Assembly (NCBI GenBank): GCA_038057055.1
Contig: JBBUDY010000019.1
Span: forward strand, 25,101-89,100
Length of the DNA stretch: 64,000 bases
Direction of reading: 5' to 3'
Source: Patescibacteria group bacterium
GTDB taxonomy: Bacteria > Patescibacteriota > Minisyncoccia > Phycocordibacterales > Phycocordibacteraceae
The position numbers and the translations under genes are program-made. Positions within the stretch are counted from its first letter, which is position 1. Each line of letters begins with the position of its first letter. The notes beneath the pieces are model-generated. The model was not told the origin of the DNA and searched no databases. It worked only from the letters and a program-made list of their open reading frames with translations. This document shows positions 1 to 10,248 of this stretch, piece after piece.

Positions 1-456
1 GCGTTTGTCGATGCTCTCCGGGTGGGGAAAGAAATCTCCCTAGCAACACACCTTGCGGTCAAACAGGACGGTATGGAGCTCTATGGTTTCGTTGACACTG
101 CTGACCGCGATTTCTTCGAGCTCTTGCTTTCTGTCTCAGGCGTGGGGCCGAAAACAGCGCTCTCGGTCTTGCGCCGCGCGCCGCGCGAGGCACTCATTGG
201 CGCAATCAGCAAACGCGATTTGAGCTATCTTACGAAAGTAGTCGGGCTCGGGAAAAAGAGCGTAGAAAAAATGTTGGTTGAATTGTCGGAAAAAGTTGGT
301 GATGCCGCACACGATGACGCAGATGGTGATGTCTTCGACACCCTCGTCGCGCTCGGCTACACCGAGCGCGAAGCACGCAAAGCGCTCCAAGCGATACCTG
401 AGACAATTGTTGGTAAAGATGCGCGGCTCAAAGCAGCTCTTTCTTCTCATACATGA
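1..456 (+). CDS. ruvA: Holliday junction helicase subunit RuvA (N-terminus cut by window edge)
   Basis: Frame is open from nt 1. HhH motifs LLLSVSGVGPKTALSVL and LTKVVGLGKKSVEKM, and C-terminal domain III LVALGYTEREARKAL. Stop overlaps the next start (ATGA). Confidence 0.9.
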   Translation, partial: AFVDALRVGKEISLATHLAVKQDGMELYGFVDTADRDFFELLLSVSGVGPKTALSVLRRAPREALIGAISKRDLSYLTKVVGLGKKSVEKMLVELSEKVGDAAHDDADGDVFDTLVALGYTEREARKALQAIPETIVGKDARLKAALSSHT

Positions 457-1682
457 GGCGACTACGACGAATCCTCCTTGCTCCGTATCACTACGCGTGG
501 GCACTTCTCTCAGCGCTGTGGTATCGCTTCCCTGCTAAACAACTCGTCGTCATTGGTGTCACCGGAACAAAAGGAAAATCTTCTGTGGCAGAAATGCTCT
601 ATACGATACTCACGGCGGCGGGACACAAAACCGCGCTCGCAGGCACCATTCGTTTTGTTATTGGAACAGAATCGCGACCGAATCTTTTCAAAATGACCCT
701 GCCCGGCCGAGGATTCATACAAAGGTTCCTCGCAGAAGCGCTCGCAAAGAAATGCACCTATACGATTGTCGAGATTACAAGCGAGGCGGCTCTGCAGTAT
801 CGGCATCTTGGTCTTGAACTTAATGGACTCATTTTCACAAACCTCCAGAAAGAACATGTTGAGTCTCATGGCTCATTAGAGAATTATTTTCGTGCCAAGT
901 TCGCCATTGGTAAAGCACTTGTCCGTTCACCGAAACGACCTCTGAGCGTCGTAGCTCATGCTCATGATACCTACGGTGCAAAATTTCTCACACTTCCCGT
1001 CGAGAAACAAATTCCATTCTCACTTGCTGATAGTACCGAAGTAAAAACAAATGAGAATGGTGTGTCATTTTCGTATGGGGGTCAGCATTTTACCCTTCCT
1101 CTCCCTGGAGAATTCAATATTTTAAATGCTCTTGCTGCAATAAAAATGGCAGAGGTATGTGGAGTCCCGCTCACAACGTGTGCAGAGGCTTTGAAAGGAC
1201 TTGTACGCATACAGGGTCGTGTCGAGCGTATCGAGGCTGGTCAAGATTTTATTGCAATCGTTGACTATGCACACACGCCAGACTCTCTCAAAGCGCTCTA
1301 CAGTGCCTTCCAAACACAAAGAAAAATCTGCGTCCTTGGCAACACCGGTGGTGGGCGCGACACGTGGAAGCGCCCGGAGATGGGTCGTATTGCAGACGAA
1401 ATGTGCGATGAAGTGATTCTTACCAACGAAGACCCGTATGACGAGGACCCACGCACTATCGTCGACGCGATGGCAAATGGAATGAAGCGCGCGCCGGAAA
1501 TTATCATGGACCGTCGAGAGGCGATACGTGCCGCGCTCCGCGCGGCACGTCCGGGTGACGCTGTTCTTATCTCCGGCAAAGGCACCGACCCGTTCATAAT
1601 GGGTCCAAGGGGAACAAGGATGCCGTGGGACGACGCAAATGTTGTCCGCGAGGAACTAGAGCGACTTCTCGCTAAACTTTGA
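453..1682 (+). CDS. Mur ligase family protein (MurE-like, short N-terminus)
   Basis: ATP loop GVTGTKGKSS plus DYAHTPDSL and NEDPY motifs typical of Mur ligases. Substrate cannot be assigned from sequence. Confidence 0.75.
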   Translation: MRRLRRILLAPYHYAWALLSALWYRFPAKQLVVIGVTGTKGKSSVAEMLYTILTAAGHKTALAGTIRFVIGTESRPNLFKMTLPGRGFIQRFLAEALAKKCTYTIVEITSEAALQYRHLGLELNGLIFTNLQKEHVESHGSLENYFRAKFAIGKALVRSPKRPLSVVAHAHDTYGAKFLTLPVEKQIPFSLADSTEVKTNENGVSFSYGGQHFTLPLPGEFNILNALAAIKMAEVCGVPLTTCAEALKGLVRIQGRVERIEAGQDFIAIVDYAHTPDSLKALYSAFQTQRKICVLGNTGGGRDTWKRPEMGRIADEMCDEVILTNEDPYDEDPRTIVDAMANGMKRAPEIIMDRREAIRAALRAARPGDAVLISGKGTDPFIMGPRGTRMPWDDANVVREELERLLAKL

Positions 1683-1694
1683 TACTATTCTCCT

Positions 1695-2639
1695 ATGGAG
1701 ATGCATGATGCGTGGTTTTTCATCGGCGTATTTGTCTTCATATTCCTCATCTGGGTTTCGACTGGCGGTCCACTTCACCCGCTCGCGTTTACTGGTCCAC
1801 GACTTTCCCTGCCACAAGAACTTGGTGGCGGCACGTACCTGCAATTCCCTCGAGCATCGTTCACCATTGGTGATGGTTCTACATCTCTATCAGGCCCCTC
1901 AAGTGGTTCGAGAACTGATACTCCGGTTCCTACCTTTGTCGGTGGGAGCACATTTGGAACTCCATCTCCCTATCGCGGCATCGTCACAATGAGCCATTAC
2001 GTTTCGGGCGCCGGTTCTACCGACCCAAAGAATGAATATATCGAAATATCCGTCCCCCAGAACGTCAGTGTGCCTGTCGATCTTTCTGAATGGAGACTGA
2101 TGAGTGAGGCAAGTGGAAATTCAGTACCTATTCCAAAAGGAACAGAGACACCCTTTGCCGGTACGGTGAATGCGGCACAAGATATCGTGTTGTCACCTGG
2201 GATGAGAGCAATCATTGTATCGGGGTCATCGCCCATCGGCGCATCGTTTCGTGAGAACAAATGCATCGGATACTTCAGTACATTCCAAACTTTCTACCCA
2301 ACACTCCCCCAAAATTGTCCCGTGCCGTCTGACGAGCTTGCTGCTTTCTACGGTAGTGGTTACATCCGCGATCCATTTTGTATCGACTATGTAAATAAAC
2401 TCTCACGTTGCCAAGTGACACTTACACCTCCAGTTGGTGCTTCAGGCTCTTGTCAGAACTTCTTGGTGAAATATCTCAACTATAATGGCTGCGTCGACGC
2501 ACACAAAAATGATGCTGATTTTATGGGCAATACCTGGCGCATCTACCTCGGCCGTTCCTCTTCAATGTGGCGTACGAAGCACGAGCTCATAAAGCTGCTC
2601 GACGCGAACGGTAAAACGGTGGATGCGTTCAGCTACTAG
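1695..2639 (+). CDS. Membrane-anchored secreted protein with lamin-tail-domain-like segment and Cys-rich C-terminus
   Basis: N-terminal TM helix FFIGVFVFIFLIWV. NEYIEISVPQNVSVPVDLSEWRL resembles the LTD signature. Several Cys in the C-terminal third. Confidence 0.5.
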   Translation: MEMHDAWFFIGVFVFIFLIWVSTGGPLHPLAFTGPRLSLPQELGGGTYLQFPRASFTIGDGSTSLSGPSSGSRTDTPVPTFVGGSTFGTPSPYRGIVTMSHYVSGAGSTDPKNEYIEISVPQNVSVPVDLSEWRLMSEASGNSVPIPKGTETPFAGTVNAAQDIVLSPGMRAIIVSGSSPIGASFRENKCIGYFSTFQTFYPTLPQNCPVPSDELAAFYGSGYIRDPFCIDYVNKLSRCQVTLTPPVGASGSCQNFLVKYLNYNGCVDAHKNDADFMGNTWRIYLGRSSSMWRTKHELIKLLDANGKTVDAFSY

Positions 2640-2674
2640 AAGAAATGTGCTGTAAGTGGTAGAAATAGCAGTAT

Positions 2675-2747
2675 GCGCCCCTAGCTCAATTGGTAGAGCA
2701 ATTCCCTTTTAAGGAAGAGGTTCTGGGTCCGATTCCCAGGGGGCGCA
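2675..2747 (+). tRNA. tRNA-Lys (anticodon UUU)
   Basis: 73-nt cloverleaf. Acceptor GCGCCCC/GGGGCGC, D arm GCTC/GAGC, anticodon loop CTTTTAA, T arm CTGGG-TCCGATT-CCCAG, discriminator A. Confidence 0.93.
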
Positions 2748-2827
2748 CAAAATATTTTTGACACTTCCTGATCTTTGACCTATCATCCACTCGGGTAGTA
2801 AATCTATCAATCAAACAGGAGAAATCC

Positions 2828-3526
2828 ATGAACGTCAGAGGCATTCTGATGGATCTCGATGGAGTCCTTCTGGACTCCTTCCGAGAAGGACTGCGGCGTA
2901 TTCGTATATTATGCGTCCTTCACGACATTCGGTTTGAGCGGGATACACGGGCAAAACTCTTCAATAGCTGGGGCTTGCCCGGGGTGGAACTGCTCATCCA
3001 GTGTCTCGGCGTGAATGATGCGCTTGCGCGTCGTATGTACATTGAATGGGAGAAGCTCGATAGAGTAATTCCACCACCGCTCATTCCTGGTGCTCGCGAG
3101 GTACTCGTATGGCTTCGTCGGAATGGTTTCAGGACAGCTCTTATCACTTCGCGTCATCGTCCGAATTTACTCGAGGTTTTGGATCAACTTGATCTTGAGC
3201 GCGAATTCTTGGTCATAACGGCGAAGGAGGACGCGAGTCCGTACCACAAGCCAGACCCACGAGTCTTCCGATACGCCCTTGAGACTCTTGATACGAAATG
3301 CGGAGTCAAGAAGGATGAATGCATTTTTATCGGGGATACACCGAGTGATACGACCGCTGGACACGCTGCACAGATAGAAACGTTGGTCGTCCAGACAGGT
3401 CCATACTTGCTCGAGCATATGGTGCAATACCCGGTCCCCCTTTGGAATGTGCTTAAGTCGATCGATGACCTACCGTATTGGGTAGAGAAGCATCACGACG
3501 GAACGCTCAAAGAAACTTACGGTTAA
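2828..3526 (+). CDS. HAD-superfamily hydrolase (phosphatase-like)
   Basis: Motif I MDLDGVLLDS, motif IV IGDTPSD, SD-like GGAG upstream. Confidence 0.8.
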   Translation: MNVRGILMDLDGVLLDSFREGLRRIRILCVLHDIRFERDTRAKLFNSWGLPGVELLIQCLGVNDALARRMYIEWEKLDRVIPPPLIPGAREVLVWLRRNGFRTALITSRHRPNLLEVLDQLDLEREFLVITAKEDASPYHKPDPRVFRYALETLDTKCGVKKDECIFIGDTPSDTTAGHAAQIETLVVQTGPYLLEHMVQYPVPLWNVLKSIDDLPYWVEKHHDGTLKETYG

Positions 3527-3557
3527 CCCCGGTGCTTCGGCACTGGGGTCTTTCGTT
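3527..3557 (+). terminator. Rho-independent terminator
   Basis: 9-bp stem CCCCGGTGC/GCACTGGGG with TTCG loop, followed by a T-rich tract, immediately after the HAD stop. Confidence 0.7.
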
Positions 3558-3611
3558 ACCCCTTTCATCTCTATGAAAAGTGCGGTGGATGCGAGAGAGG
3601 ATCAAGAACAT

Positions 3612-4061
3612 TTATGATCTTTTTATGTAGAACTTCCTTTGCAGATAGTTCTCTAGAACCTCGCGGCTTGGGAAATAAAGCGGGGATGGTAAATTGTGGA
3701 GATCAAATGATTGCCATTCGGTGATTTCATTGGGTTCCATAACTTTTGCTTCACCCTCCCATGAGTGAGAGACGAGGCCGACAGTCAGGAAGTGGGCGTG
3801 CTCGTTTCTACAGTTGTGTACAGAAATAACCTGCGGATCCTGGATATCGATGCCCGTTTCTTCTTTGGCCTCTCGAACTGCTCCTGCTTCAATAGACTCT
3901 CCCCATTCGAGTTTTCCCCCGGGTAAACACCATTCTCCGGCACTACGGAAAGCTGAGTCAGCTTTGTCAGGATCGGGGTGGCGTCGCCCAAGAACAATGT
4001 GGCCATTCTTCTCTAAAATGACCCCGAATCCGGCACCTACTCTTTTCTTTTCTTCAGACAT
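3612..4061 (-). CDS. NUDIX hydrolase
   Basis: Nudix box GGKLEWGESIEAGAVREAKEETGI. Confidence 0.88.
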   Translation of the reverse strand: MSEEKKRVGAGFGVILEKNGHIVLGRRHPDPDKADSAFRSAGEWCLPGGKLEWGESIEAGAVREAKEETGIDIQDPQVISVHNCRNEHAHFLTVGLVSHSWEGEAKVMEPNEITEWQSFDLHNLPSPLYFPSREVLENYLQRKFYIKRS

Positions 4062-4092
4062 AGCAAATTAGTTTTTTTGTTCCATATCTATA

Positions 4093-4482
4093 TCATTCCC
4101 CCTTCATTCGGTGCTCTTTTTTTATCTTCCAGTAAATATCTTCAGACCCCGGATCAACATTTTTGTCCCGATTTTTGAACAAGTGCGCAGGATACTTTTG
4201 CTTCACTTTCTTAAGTTTATCTTTCAGAATCTTTTCCGTATCGAGATCTAACAAAACGCTCATATCGAAACAGTAATTCAATACGTCAGCAAGTTCTTTT
4301 TTAATCGCTTCGACCTTCTTCGCGTCTTTCTTAACCTCCTCAAGACTTTCATTCGTCCACTGGAAGATCTCAAGCAGTTCCGATGCCTCGATAGCAATGG
4401 ACTTCGCCACGTTTACTGGACGGAGCGTATCCCAGCCTCGCTCTTTTAAATATTTCCGGATGCGTTTCTCGTGCTCTTTCAT
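4093..4482 (-). CDS. MazG-like nucleotide pyrophosphohydrolase
   Basis: EASELLEIFQW and ELADVLNYCF helices typical of the MazG/dCTPase family. Start moved to internal ATG 4482 (MKEHEK) to remove the overlap with holA. Confidence 0.7.
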   Translation of the reverse strand: MKEHEKRIRKYLKERGWDTLRPVNVAKSIAIEASELLEIFQWTNESLEEVKKDAKKVEAIKKELADVLNYCFDMSVLLDLDTEKILKDKLKKVKQKYPAHLFKNRDKNVDPGSEDIYWKIKKEHRMKGE

Positions 4483-4499
4483 ATTTTGATTATAAGGGT

Positions 4500-5192
4500 C
4501 TACAGAGATAAAGCCCAGCGCTCGAGAGACAACGCCAGGCCGAGACCTCCCCGACGGGAGTTTTGCAAAAGTTCGATGAGAGAAATCGATAGTTGCCGTG
4601 ATTCTTTCGGCGTCCACGCGTGACTCCCCTTCTCCATTAGGTCACGTGCCTTCCAGTGCAGAAGGCCATGGATCATTTCAGGCGCGTCGCCCGCATAGAG
4701 CGCGCGATTGATTTCAAGCCAAAGCTTTTCTCGACTTCGTGCAGAAAGTGCATTTACTAAGTTGCCATTGAAGCCGTGCTTGTCCTCAAACGTAGCTGGT
4801 TTATCGTAGGTGTATGTCAGCTTCGCTTTCGCCGCAATCTTTTTTACTTTCGCCGCAGTAAGTTTGGGCGCGAGAATGATAATTGCATTATCGGATGTGG
4901 CGAGAGCGTCCAGATGTTCTTCAAGAATACTTCCTCCATTTTCTTCTTTTTCATCACTTTCTTCCTCACGTATCGAACGTGTGGCCGAAAAAGGATCGTC
5001 GATAAGTATCAGAAGCCGCTTTACGAAAAGTCCGCCTGAAAGCGAGGCGTCTTCAAGAACCGCGTTCGTGAGCTCCTCGCGTGCAAGACGTATATACGCG
5101 AGATTCGGCTCCTTCGTGCGCGCTTTCGCCACCCATTCAAACGCTTTACTGCGCGTCTTCTCAACATCAGAGCCGTAGAAAAGGTAGATCAT
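4500..5192 (-). CDS. holA: DNA polymerase III delta subunit-like (HolA)
   Basis: N-terminus MIYLFYGSD and the size fit HolA. ATG 5192 overlaps the polA stop (ATGA). Confidence 0.6.
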   Translation of the reverse strand: MIYLFYGSDVEKTRSKAFEWVAKARTKEPNLAYIRLAREELTNAVLEDASLSGGLFVKRLLILIDDPFSATRSIREEESDEKEENGGSILEEHLDALATSDNAIIILAPKLTAAKVKKIAAKAKLTYTYDKPATFEDKHGFNGNLVNALSARSREKLWLEINRALYAGDAPEMIHGLLHWKARDLMEKGSHAWTPKESRQLSISLIELLQNSRRGGLGLALSLERWALSL

Positions 5193-7567
5193 AGTAGCTT
5201 CATCGTACCCCAATCGGGTCCAGACTTCATCGTTGCAATAATCGGCACACCACGGGTCTCTTTAGTTGGCAAGACAGACTCCATAATGTTTTTTATTTTC
5301 GCACCCAACATCCCAACACGCTCATTGCGAATTTCATACACAAGCTCGTCATGCACTTGTAGGAAGAGATATGCATCAGTCTGTGCTTCTTCTTTCTTCA
5401 GCATGTCATCGACACGCACCATGGCGAGCTTGATGATATCCGCCTGCGTTCCTTGGATTGGTGCATTGATAGCCATGCGCTCGGCTTGTGCACGGACGTA
5501 TGGGAGTGATGATTTCATCTCAGGAAATTGGCGGCGGCGACCGAAGAGCGTCTCGGTGTAGCCGTGCTTACGCGCGAAGCCGCGTGTGCTCTCAAGATAT
5601 TCTGAAAGAATCTTGAATGTGCTGAAATAGTCGTCAAGAAATTGATGTGCTTCGGCGGTGGTGCTCCCCAATTGTGCGCGCAGTGCATTCACTCCCATAC
5701 CGTAGAGGATGCCGAAATTAATGACCTTCGCACGACGACGCATCTCTGCATCAACTTTCTCTGGCTCAACACGAAAGACCTGTGCTGCAACTTCTTGGTG
5801 CACATCACGACCGCTTTTGAAGATATCGCAGAGTTTTTTGTCGCCCGAGAGAATAGCGGCAATACGCAATTCTATTTGAGAATAGTCGAGCGCGAGGAGC
5901 GTAAAGCCTTTTGAAGCAACAAAAGCATGGCGTATCGCCCTTCCACGTTCCGAACGTAGCGGAATGTTCTGAAGGTTCGGATTCTGGCTCGCCATGCGCC
6001 CCGTTACCGCACCCGTCTGGAGAAATTCAGCATGGAGACGATTCTCGCTATCAAGCATCGGCGGGAGGTTTTCAATATAGGTTCCGAGAAGCTTCTTCAA
6101 CTCGCGATATTCGAGGATATCATTCACAATCGGGTGCGCGTCGCGAATCTTCTCCAACTCGCTCTCACGCGTCGAGCGCTGCCCTCCCGCCGTTTTCTTC
6201 TGTCGTTCGGGAATTATCTTCAGCTCATCAAAAAGGATTTCACCGAGTTGTTTCGGAGAACTCACGTTGAACTCGCGTCCCGCCGTTCTATAGATACGTT
6301 TCTCTATCTTTTCAAGTTCTATCCGATACTCTTTCGCAAGAGATGTAAGAACGGCGGGATCAATAAGAACACCGTGCTCACTCATCCGACGTACAATCGA
6401 GATGAGCGGTTTCTCAATCTGTTCATACACTTCTTTTACTCTTTCTGATTCAACGAGTTGTTTCTCGAGCACACGGTATGCAAGATCAAAAGTTCGTTCC
6501 TTGGCAAAAGCGAGAATGTCATCAAGGGATGGGTTTGTAAATTCAGATGAAATGAGCCAGAGCATGACTTGTGCCTCGGCGAGACGCACAGAATCTACTA
6601 TTTCTTCGGGAGCAGTTTCAAAGAGTCCTTCAGTTTCTGATTTGCTTTCAAAGAGTGTCTTAATCCTTTCTTTAAGCGTTCTGAATCCGAACTCATTGCA
6701 CATTTCGAGCATTTTTTGTACTTCGATGTTCTCGTTCCATACTCGCTCGGGGAGAGTAAACGCAATCGGTGCGTCAAGACGTATAGTCGCGAGCGACTTC
6801 GAGAAACGCGCATCCTCTTCGTGCTCTCTTAAGAGAGCTATCATGCGCGCTTTGATTCCTTTTTTCAGAAATGCTGTATCGCCTTTTTTAAGCGCTGTAT
6901 ATATTTTCTCGATAGAGCCGAAACCCGTGATGAGTTCAGTTGCTGTTTTTTCTCCAATGCCAGGGACGCCCTTGATGTTGTCGGAAGGGTCACCACGAAG
7001 CCCCTTCCAGTCTGGAATAAGCGCAGGGAGAAACCCGAATCGCTCCACCACGGCCTTCTCATCGTAGAGAATTGTGTCGTTAATGCCCTTCTTCAACGTA
7101 TAGACGCGTACACGTTCATCATCGACAAGCTGGAGTGTATCCATGTCGCCCGAGGCGATGATGATGTCAACACCTTTCTCTTCCTTCATCTCGTGTGCGA
7201 TGGTGCCGAGCAAATCATCAGCCTCGAATCCTTCTCGCGAATACATCGGAATCGAGAATGCTTCAAAGACTTTATGCGATTCTCCAAGTTGGAGTGCCAG
7301 CGCGTCATCGGTTTTTACCCGTGTCCCCTTATAATCAGCATACGCTTCATGACGAATGGTCGGCTTCGGCAGATCGTAGCACGCGGCAATGTAATCCGGC
7401 TTGAGGTCCGTAATAATTTTAAGCAGCATCGCGACGAGCCCATAGAGTGCGCCCGTCGGTGTCCCAGTAGGCCCCGTAAAATCTGGCAGTGCATGATACG
7501 CGCGATGAATAATCGCATGGGTGTCCAAGAGTACAACTCTCTTTTTTGTCGAAACTTTTTTAGCCAT
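5189..7567 (-). CDS. polA: DNA polymerase I (5'-3' exonuclease plus polymerase domains)
   Basis: 5' nuclease motifs (LLDTHAIIHRAYHA, GDPSDNIKGVPGIGEKTA). Polymerase motifs DYSQIELR, RRRAKVINFGILYG, QVHDELV. Confidence 0.95.
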   Translation of the reverse strand: MAKKVSTKKRVVLLDTHAIIHRAYHALPDFTGPTGTPTGALYGLVAMLLKIITDLKPDYIAACYDLPKPTIRHEAYADYKGTRVKTDDALALQLGESHKVFEAFSIPMYSREGFEADDLLGTIAHEMKEEKGVDIIIASGDMDTLQLVDDERVRVYTLKKGINDTILYDEKAVVERFGFLPALIPDWKGLRGDPSDNIKGVPGIGEKTATELITGFGSIEKIYTALKKGDTAFLKKGIKARMIALLREHEEDARFSKSLATIRLDAPIAFTLPERVWNENIEVQKMLEMCNEFGFRTLKERIKTLFESKSETEGLFETAPEEIVDSVRLAEAQVMLWLISSEFTNPSLDDILAFAKERTFDLAYRVLEKQLVESERVKEVYEQIEKPLISIVRRMSEHGVLIDPAVLTSLAKEYRIELEKIEKRIYRTAGREFNVSSPKQLGEILFDELKIIPERQKKTAGGQRSTRESELEKIRDAHPIVNDILEYRELKKLLGTYIENLPPMLDSENRLHAEFLQTGAVTGRMASQNPNLQNIPLRSERGRAIRHAFVASKGFTLLALDYSQIELRIAAILSGDKKLCDIFKSGRDVHQEVAAQVFRVEPEKVDAEMRRRAKVINFGILYGMGVNALRAQLGSTTAEAHQFLDDYFSTFKILSEYLESTRGFARKHGYTETLFGRRRQFPEMKSSLPYVRAQAERMAINAPIQGTQADIIKLAMVRVDDMLKKEEAQTDAYLFLQVHDELVYEIRNERVGMLGAKIKNIMESVLPTKETRGVPIIATMKSGPDWGTMKLL

Positions 7568-7994
7568 AAGAGATAGTGTGAGAACCGTCAGGACATGCGG
7601 CAAGAGAAACTTTCACTGCAGGTGAAGGGAGAGCACCAATAACTTTTTCTGGCCATTCAAGTAAAATAAGATTGTCTTTGTCTTGCATCAATTCATCAAA
7701 ACCGAGCGGTGCGAGATCGCTACCTTTTTCTAAACGATATGCGTCAATGTGAACAAGTCGTGCAAATTTTTGCCTGTTGAGTATATAAATCTTTTCGAGG
7801 ACAAAAGTCGGGCTAGTAACAGTCTCTTCAACTCCGAGCACTTTCGCAACCGCTTTGGTAAAGGCCGTCTTCCCTGCCCCAAGCTCGCCTCTGAGCGTGA
7901 CGAGCGTTGCTCCGTGACTACTCGGTGTGAGCGACGTTATAAAGCGCGCAGCCTCTTCTTCAAGTTCTACGATTGTCCGAATCACCTTCTCCAT
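7560..7994 (-). CDS. tsaE: tRNA t6A biosynthesis ATPase TsaE
   Basis: GELGAGKTAFTKAVAKVLGV...VTSPTFVL signature. Start at MEKVIR. Confidence 0.85.
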   Translation of the reverse strand: MEKVIRTIVELEEEAARFITSLTPSSHGATLVTLRGELGAGKTAFTKAVAKVLGVEETVTSPTFVLEKIYILNRQKFARLVHIDAYRLEKGSDLAPLGFDELMQDKDNLILLEWPEKVIGALPSPAVKVSLAACPDGSHTISYG

Positions 7995-8059
7995 CCAGCC
8001 AATTGTACCGCTGAATGTAAAAGTGCGCCTGCTCCGAAGAGACAGGCGCACTGGACGAC

Positions 8060-8449
8060 TTACCACCGGCGATAACCGCCACGATTGTACCCGTGACTAT
8101 GACCACCGCGATAGATACTCTGGATGATCGCTACTCCGACCACCCCGGCCACCACCCCCCATCCAAAACTGGGGTTGTAGGTGTAGGCCACCGCCTGTGA
8201 TGCACAGACGACCTGCCCATAGTACACCGCGGGATACGTCCCATACGGACACGGCGCGGGTACGTAGACAACCGCTGGTGCCACAGACGCCGGTGCGGAC
8301 GGTGTTCCGCCCGCCGCCTGCGGATAAGCCGGCGCCTGATTCGACAGCACTGGCGCCGGATAGTAATACACCTGCGCCGGATCAATCGCACAGCCGCCGG
8401 CGAACAAGACAAAAATTGAAATGAAAAGAGCAGAAAATTTAGTTTTCAT
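8060..8449 (-). CDS. Small lipoprotein with Pro/Tyr/Ala-rich region and glycine-zipper C-terminus
   Basis: Signal peptide plus lipobox LFAGGC. GWGVVAGVVGVAII glycine-zipper-like segment. Confidence 0.6.
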   Translation of the reverse strand: MKTKFSALFISIFVLFAGGCAIDPAQVYYYPAPVLSNQAPAYPQAAGGTPSAPASVAPAVVYVPAPCPYGTYPAVYYGQVVCASQAVAYTYNPSFGWGVVAGVVGVAIIQSIYRGGHSHGYNRGGYRRW

Positions 8450-8557
8450 GACTACCTCCTAGATTGGGGGATGCCATCACTGAAGCCGATGGTCTGTGGA
8501 GAGTATAACACTACTTACAGTATTTTGTCAAGCCCCTCCAAAAAGCCTGTATTCTGG

Positions 8558-8566
8558 TGGTAGTAT
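8558..8566 (+). promoter_or_regulatory. Extended -10 promoter (TGgTAGTAT) 6 nt before pilB ATG
   Basis: TGnTAnnnT element ends 6 nt upstream of ATG 8573. No SD, so a leaderless-type design. Confidence 0.45.
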
Positions 8567-8572
8567 AGCGTT

Positions 8573-10243
8573 ATGGACCTACCGTTTGATGTTACCCATG
8601 AGGAGGGAAAGCTTGCAGAGATACGTGAGCGAGAAGAGGAGGATGTGGCGCGCATCCTCTCTGACAAATATGGTATACCCTACGTCGACCTCGCATTAAA
8701 GCAGATTGACAACGATGCACTTCGCATTATTCCTGAAGCGCAAGCCCGTGCCGCCGAGGCAGTTGCCTTCGCAAAAACCGCAAAGGTACTTTCGCTCGCT
8801 ATCCATAATCCAAATAATCCAGCTCTCGAAAAACTTTCTGCCGACCTCGCTGAACGCGGGTTCTCCACCCATACCTCCCTTGCCTCAAAGAAAAGTTTAG
8901 ATAAGGCATTTGCGCGCTACAAAGAACTCTCCTTTGCTACCGAATCAAAACCGGGTGTTTTTACTATCACCCAAGAAACATTCACAAGAGTCATAAATAA
9001 AAGTAATACACTTGCTTCTTTCACTCATGAACTCGATGTCGCGGTCTCCGAGAAATCACTTGATCGCGTCTCGCACCTGCTTGAAGTCATTCTCTCCGGT
9101 GCATTTGCGCTTCGTGCGTCTGATATTCACTTTGAGCCGGAAGAAACAAAGACTCTTCTGCGCTTGCGTATTGACGGCGTCTTATTCGATACTCTATTTT
9201 TTGACCCCGCGACATTCCATCAGCTCAACTCTCGCATCAAACTGCTCTCGGGCATAAAGTTGAATGTGAGCAATCAGGCGCAGGACGGTCGCTTCAGTGT
9301 TGAAAGGGACGGATTGCAAATCGAGATGCGTGTCTCCTTTATTCCGAGTAATTATGGCGAAACTATTGTGATGCGTATTCTAAATCCTGAAGCAACAAAA
9401 AAATCTACAAAAGATCTTGGTATTCACCCAAAACTTCTTGCACGACTTGAGACAGAAATACATCGACCAAACGGTATGCTTCTCAACACGGGACCAACCG
9501 GAAGCGGTAAGACGACCACGTTGTACACTTTTCTCCGAGAGATACACACACCAGAAATAAAAATCATCACGATTGAAGACCCGGTCGAGTATCATCTCGA
9601 GGGTATCGTGCAGACGCAAGTTGAAGGAGAAAAATATACGTTTGCCGAAGGGCTCCGCTCAATTGTGCGCCAAGACCCAGACATCATCATGGTCGGCGAA
9701 ATCCGCGACGGCGAAACGGCCAATATCGCTATCCAGGCAGCGCTCACTGGCCACTTCGTCTTCTCTACCCTTCACACCAACGACGCCGCCGGCACCTTCC
9801 CACGCCTCGTCGACCTTGGTGCAGACCCAAAGTCCTTTGGTTCGGCGGTCACTGTGTCAATGGCACAGCGACTTATGCGCACTCTTGATCCTGACAGAAA
9901 GAAAGAGCGATCCCTTACTGACGAAGAGAAAAGAATGATTGAAAAAGTGTTTGCCCCGCTTGCTGATAAATCACTTGTCCCTAAAAAAATAGAGACGGTA
10001 TGGGATCCTTCTCCCATAAGTGCAGATGAAACAGGTTATAAGGGGCGAGTCGGCATCCATGAAGCTATTTTTATGGACGATGAACTCGCTAACTTCATCC
10101 GTGATAATCCTCCCGAAAACGAGATCGCCAAATTGACGAGCAAGCAGGGCTACCTCACCCTCGCACAGGACGGTATTATCAAAGCACTCGCCGGCATCAC
10201 CTCCCTCTCCGAAGTCGCCGCCACCGTCGACCTTCCTCGATAA
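8573..10243 (+). CDS. pilB: Type IV pilus / type II secretion assembly ATPase (PilB/GspE family), copy 1
   Basis: Walker A GPTGSGKTTTLY, Asp and His boxes (VGEIRD, TGHFVFSTLHTN), N-terminal T2SSE_N-like region. Confidence 0.9.
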   Translation: MDLPFDVTHEEGKLAEIREREEEDVARILSDKYGIPYVDLALKQIDNDALRIIPEAQARAAEAVAFAKTAKVLSLAIHNPNNPALEKLSADLAERGFSTHTSLASKKSLDKAFARYKELSFATESKPGVFTITQETFTRVINKSNTLASFTHELDVAVSEKSLDRVSHLLEVILSGAFALRASDIHFEPEETKTLLRLRIDGVLFDTLFFDPATFHQLNSRIKLLSGIKLNVSNQAQDGRFSVERDGLQIEMRVSFIPSNYGETIVMRILNPEATKKSTKDLGIHPKLLARLETEIHRPNGMLLNTGPTGSGKTTTLYTFLREIHTPEIKIITIEDPVEYHLEGIVQTQVEGEKYTFAEGLRSIVRQDPDIIMVGEIRDGETANIAIQAALTGHFVFSTLHTNDAAGTFPRLVDLGADPKSFGSAVTVSMAQRLMRTLDPDRKKERSLTDEEKRMIEKVFAPLADKSLVPKKIETVWDPSPISADETGYKGRVGIHEAIFMDDELANFIRDNPPENEIAKLTSKQGYLTLAQDGIIKALAGITSLSEVAATVDLPR

Positions 10244-10248
10244 ACTCT

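Noticed and set aside
4483-4617. 45-codon N-terminal extension of the MazG-like gene
   Set aside because: It overlaps the holA 3' end and is not MazG-like. The internal ATG 4482 gives a typical ~130-aa MazG-type protein.
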